Under the pieces are notes generated by a model. The model was not told the DNA's origin, did no database searches, and saw only the letters and a list, made by a program, of their open reading frames with translations. 64,000 nt of DNA from Alphaproteobacteria bacterium. Its GTDB lineage: Bacteria > Pseudomonadota > Alphaproteobacteria > RF32 > CAG-239. Positions 61,548 to 64,000 of this stretch are shown piece after piece. The stretch is from positions 1,884 through 65,883 of the forward strand of contig JAFUXF010000020.1 in the NCBI GenBank assembly GCA_017477185.1, written 5' to 3'. Within the stretch, counting starts at the first letter, position 1; each line of letters starts with the position of its first letter. The position numbers and the translations under genes are program-made.

Positions 61548-62592
61548 ATCCTATTACCTCTGCTACAGCTTTAAAGTGTTCACTCGGAATCGGCTCATCA
61601 ATATCAACACTGGCATATAATGCACGAGCCAAGGGTGGGTTCTCAACTATCGGAATATCATCTTCCTTAGCAATTTCTTTTATTTTTAGCGCAATATGAT
61701 CGACACCTTTAGCAACAACAACCGGAACATCCATTGTTTCTATTTTATATTCCAGAGCAACTGCAAAGTGTGTCGGGTTAACAATAACGACGTCGGCTTT
61801 ATGGACGTTATCCATCATGCGGCGGCGTGCGCGTTCCGTGCGAATTTGTCGAATCTTAGATTTGATAAGCGGATCACCTTCCATTTGTTTATATTCATCT
61901 TTAACTTCCTGTTTGGTCATTCTTAATTTCTTGAGGTGACTATACTTCTGATATGCAAAATCGGCAAGTGCAATAATGAGTGTCGCACAGGCAACTGTGA
62001 ATATTAATAAAACAATTATTTTATGTATAAGTTTGAGAATACCGCCGACAGACATATCCGGTAACAAATCTGCTTCAGGAAGGTAGGGGGTAAGAACTAA
62101 AATTCCAATAACACCGATAACAGATATTTTAGCAATTCCTTTTAAGCTATCAAAAATTTTTTGCTTGGTAATCAGTTTAGGTAAATTGGCAAAGAAATTG
62201 AGTTTATCCCATTTAGCTTCTAGGCGTTTGGGGGCAAATATAAAACCGGTTTGACCGATACTGGCAAAAACACCTAAAATCATAAATATACCCAAAGGAA
62301 TCGCCATGATTTTGAAAAAAGAAAGGGCTATTTGCATAAATAAATGTTGTAAATGTCTGTCATCTGTCGGAATATTTGCCGAATCGGAAATAAAAATAGA
62401 ATAATCTTGAATGTACCAATGGCATAAAAGTGGCAAAATCAGCCAGACAACCGCCAACATTCCTATAAGCATAATAAAACTTTTGGCATCTTGGGAAAGA
62501 GCAACATTACCTTCTTCTTTAGCTTTTTGTTTTTTGTGTTCGGAGGCTTCTTCGGTTTTGGAGGATTCGTCTTCTTCTTCTGGGGCTGTCAT
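61516..62592 (-). CDS. flhB: Flagellar export substrate-switch protein FlhB
   Basis: KTEEAS, MTKQEVKDEYKQMEGDP, NPTH autocleavage motif. Confidence 0.96.
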   Translation of the reverse strand: MTAPEEEDESSKTEEASEHKKQKAKEEGNVALSQDAKSFIMLIGMLAVVWLILPLLCHWYIQDYSIFISDSANIPTDDRHLQHLFMQIALSFFKIMAIPLGIFMILGVFASIGQTGFIFAPKRLEAKWDKLNFFANLPKLITKQKIFDSLKGIAKISVIGVIGILVLTPYLPEADLLPDMSVGGILKLIHKIIVLLIFTVACATLIIALADFAYQKYSHLKKLRMTKQEVKDEYKQMEGDPLIKSKIRQIRTERARRRMMDNVHKADVVIVNPTHFAVALEYKIETMDVPVVVAKGVDHIALKIKEIAKEDDIPIVENPPLARALYASVDIDEPIPSEHFKAVAEVIGYVMQLKNPQT

Positions 62593-62602
62593 CGGCTATC
62601 CT

Positions 62603-63358
62603 CTAACGTATAAATTGCATTAAACCGTCTTCATAATAGTGGCAAAACCACATAATCATGACCGGACAAGTGATAAATAGCAGCCCTAAACCTAAATATA
62701 TTTGTAAGGGCAGAGATAAGAAAAAAATGTTTAGTTGTGGCATTAACCGCGAGAGTAATCCCATGCCGGTATAAAAAATCAGGGTGAAGGCAATAAAGGG
62801 AGAGCCTATTTTGAACCCAATAATAAAAGATTTATTCATGGTAGTTGTTAAAAATTTGCTCATATCATCAGTCGGAAAAATTCCTCCAACAGGCCAAACT
62901 TCATAGCTGTCAATAACCGCACTCAACATTAAATGGTGTAAGTCTGCCGCAAAAAGAACTGTTACGGCGATAATACTCAAAAAAGTTTCAGTAACAATAG
63001 ACTGATTTTGTGATGTCGGGTCAAACATTTGGGCGTTTGCAAATCCGGATGATTGTCCTACAAAATTACCACACAAGTTAACCGCAAAGTACATGAATTG
63101 CATCATCGTTCCTAAGCAAATACCATACATTGTTTCTAGCAATAGCATACGAATATTTTCGGCTGTATTCGATGTCGGTTCGGGAAGATAGTCGTTTAAA
63201 AACGGAATTAAAATTACTGAAACCATCAGAGCAATAGATAGGCGAAAACGCATATTTACATAAGAACTGCTGTATCCCGGCATGAGCATTAGAGCTCCGC
63301 CGATGCGCAAAAAGATAAAAGCAAATTTATAAATTTCAGCAAAGAGTAATTCTTGCAT
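62603..63358 (-). CDS. fliR: Flagellar export protein FliR
   Basis: FLRIGG, GFANAQMFDP, LSRLMPQLNIF. Confidence 0.94.
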   Translation of the reverse strand: MQELLFAEIYKFAFIFLRIGGALMLMPGYSSSYVNMRFRLSIALMVSVILIPFLNDYLPEPTSNTAENIRMLLLETMYGICLGTMMQFMYFAVNLCGNFVGQSSGFANAQMFDPTSQNQSIVTETFLSIIAVTVLFAADLHHLMLSAVIDSYEVWPVGGIFPTDDMSKFLTTTMNKSFIIGFKIGSPFIAFTLIFYTGMGLLSRLMPQLNIFFLSLPLQIYLGLGLLFITCPVMIMWFCHYYEDGLMQFIR

Positions 63359-63360
63359 TA

Positions 63361-63627
63361 TCAGCCGCCATTGACAATTTTATCAAACAGGGTTGTACTC
63401 AATGTACGCATTTGATTTAACATAAAAGGAAACATTAAAATCAAAGTTACAAAAACGCATAAAATTTTAGGAACAAAAGCTAATGTCATTTCCTGAATTT
63501 GAGTTAATGCCTGAAAAATACCGATAACTAAACCAATAAACAAAGCAACCAAGAGGATAGGCGTTACAACCTTTAATAACGTAAAAATTGCATCTCGTGA
63601 AATATCCAAAATCTCAACTTCGTTCAT
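63361..63627 (-). CDS. fliQ: Flagellar export protein FliQ
   Basis: FQALTQIQEMTLAFVPK. Confidence 0.96.
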   Translation of the reverse strand: MNEVEILDISRDAIFTLLKVVTPILLVALFIGLVIGIFQALTQIQEMTLAFVPKILCVFVTLILMFPFMLNQMRTLSTTLFDKIVNGG

Positions 63628-63638
63628 TATGCTCTCCT

Positions 63639-64000
63639 TTATTCAAGCGGTTTGTTTTCTTCAAAAATCAAATGATTTTCAAGACCTGTGATAAAAGCCC
63701 CATCATAGCCGCTGTCAACAATACCTTTAAAATAGCGACTGGCGATTTGCTTCCATTCCGGTGTCCAATATTTAACAATGTAAGATTGAATATTTGTCGG
63801 TGATTTTTCTGCAATCCAAGAAGGGAGTTTTTTGATCCATTTTTTTTGCCAAAAATAATCTTGTTCAGATGTTTCACTTATATTGTACAGAGCCAGAATC
63901 AACCTTCTTCCTCCATTTTTTTTGAACTTCATTGCATGAACTTCTTCCTTAGTATAAGGGGTTTTATTGTGAAAAAACGGATTGATAATGATGACATCAT
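63639..64000 (-). CDS. C-terminal part of a TM1410/MJ1477 (GH114-like) protein, running off the window end
   Basis: Frame open to the window edge: DVIIINP..YTKEEV..K.K.NGGRRLILA..YFW..YIVKYWTPEWK..GYDG. Confidence 0.7.
   Translation of the reverse strand, partial: DVIIINPFFHNKTPYTKEEVHAMKFKKNGGRRLILALYNISETSEQDYFWQKKWIKKLPSWIAEKSPTNIQSYIVKYWTPEWKQIASRYFKGIVDSGYDGAFITGLENHLIFEENKPLE

Overview
AT-rich alphaproteobacterial chromosome segment, identified from the fliQ-fliR-flhB-cckA-hda block, a long-linker ftsZ and alpha-type tRNA-fMet/tRNA-Ile2. The core also carries recJ, hslUV, comM, rpsF-rpsR-rplI, rplM-rpsI and eptA. The main accessory feature is a ~16.8-kb element (13321-30152) integrated in tRNA-fMet. 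It encodes a P4-type tyrosine integrase, an excisionase, arm-site repeats at both ends and a HUH rolling-circle Rep-like protein. Its cargo is a type III R-M system, a coupled pseudo-PBP / Cas4-like+DEDD dual nuclease / ADP-ribosylglycohydrolase / unknown module, a SLOG protein, three serine recombinases, a phage-like 3-gene operon ending in a DUF4160-like protein, and a small ArfA-like ribosome-rescue ORF whose stop codon lies inside a ~30-bp hairpin. Outside the island: a terminase remnant next to tRNA-Ile2; ~175-240-bp structured elements that duplicate and invert the ends of their own tRNAs; RPE-like palindromes after rplI; a MerR-operator-controlled TatAC redox cassette; and a glycan locus headed by a catalytically dead serine recombinase and ending in a cytidylyltransferase-aldolase fusion. 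All family calls are by visual motif recognition; no searches were run.
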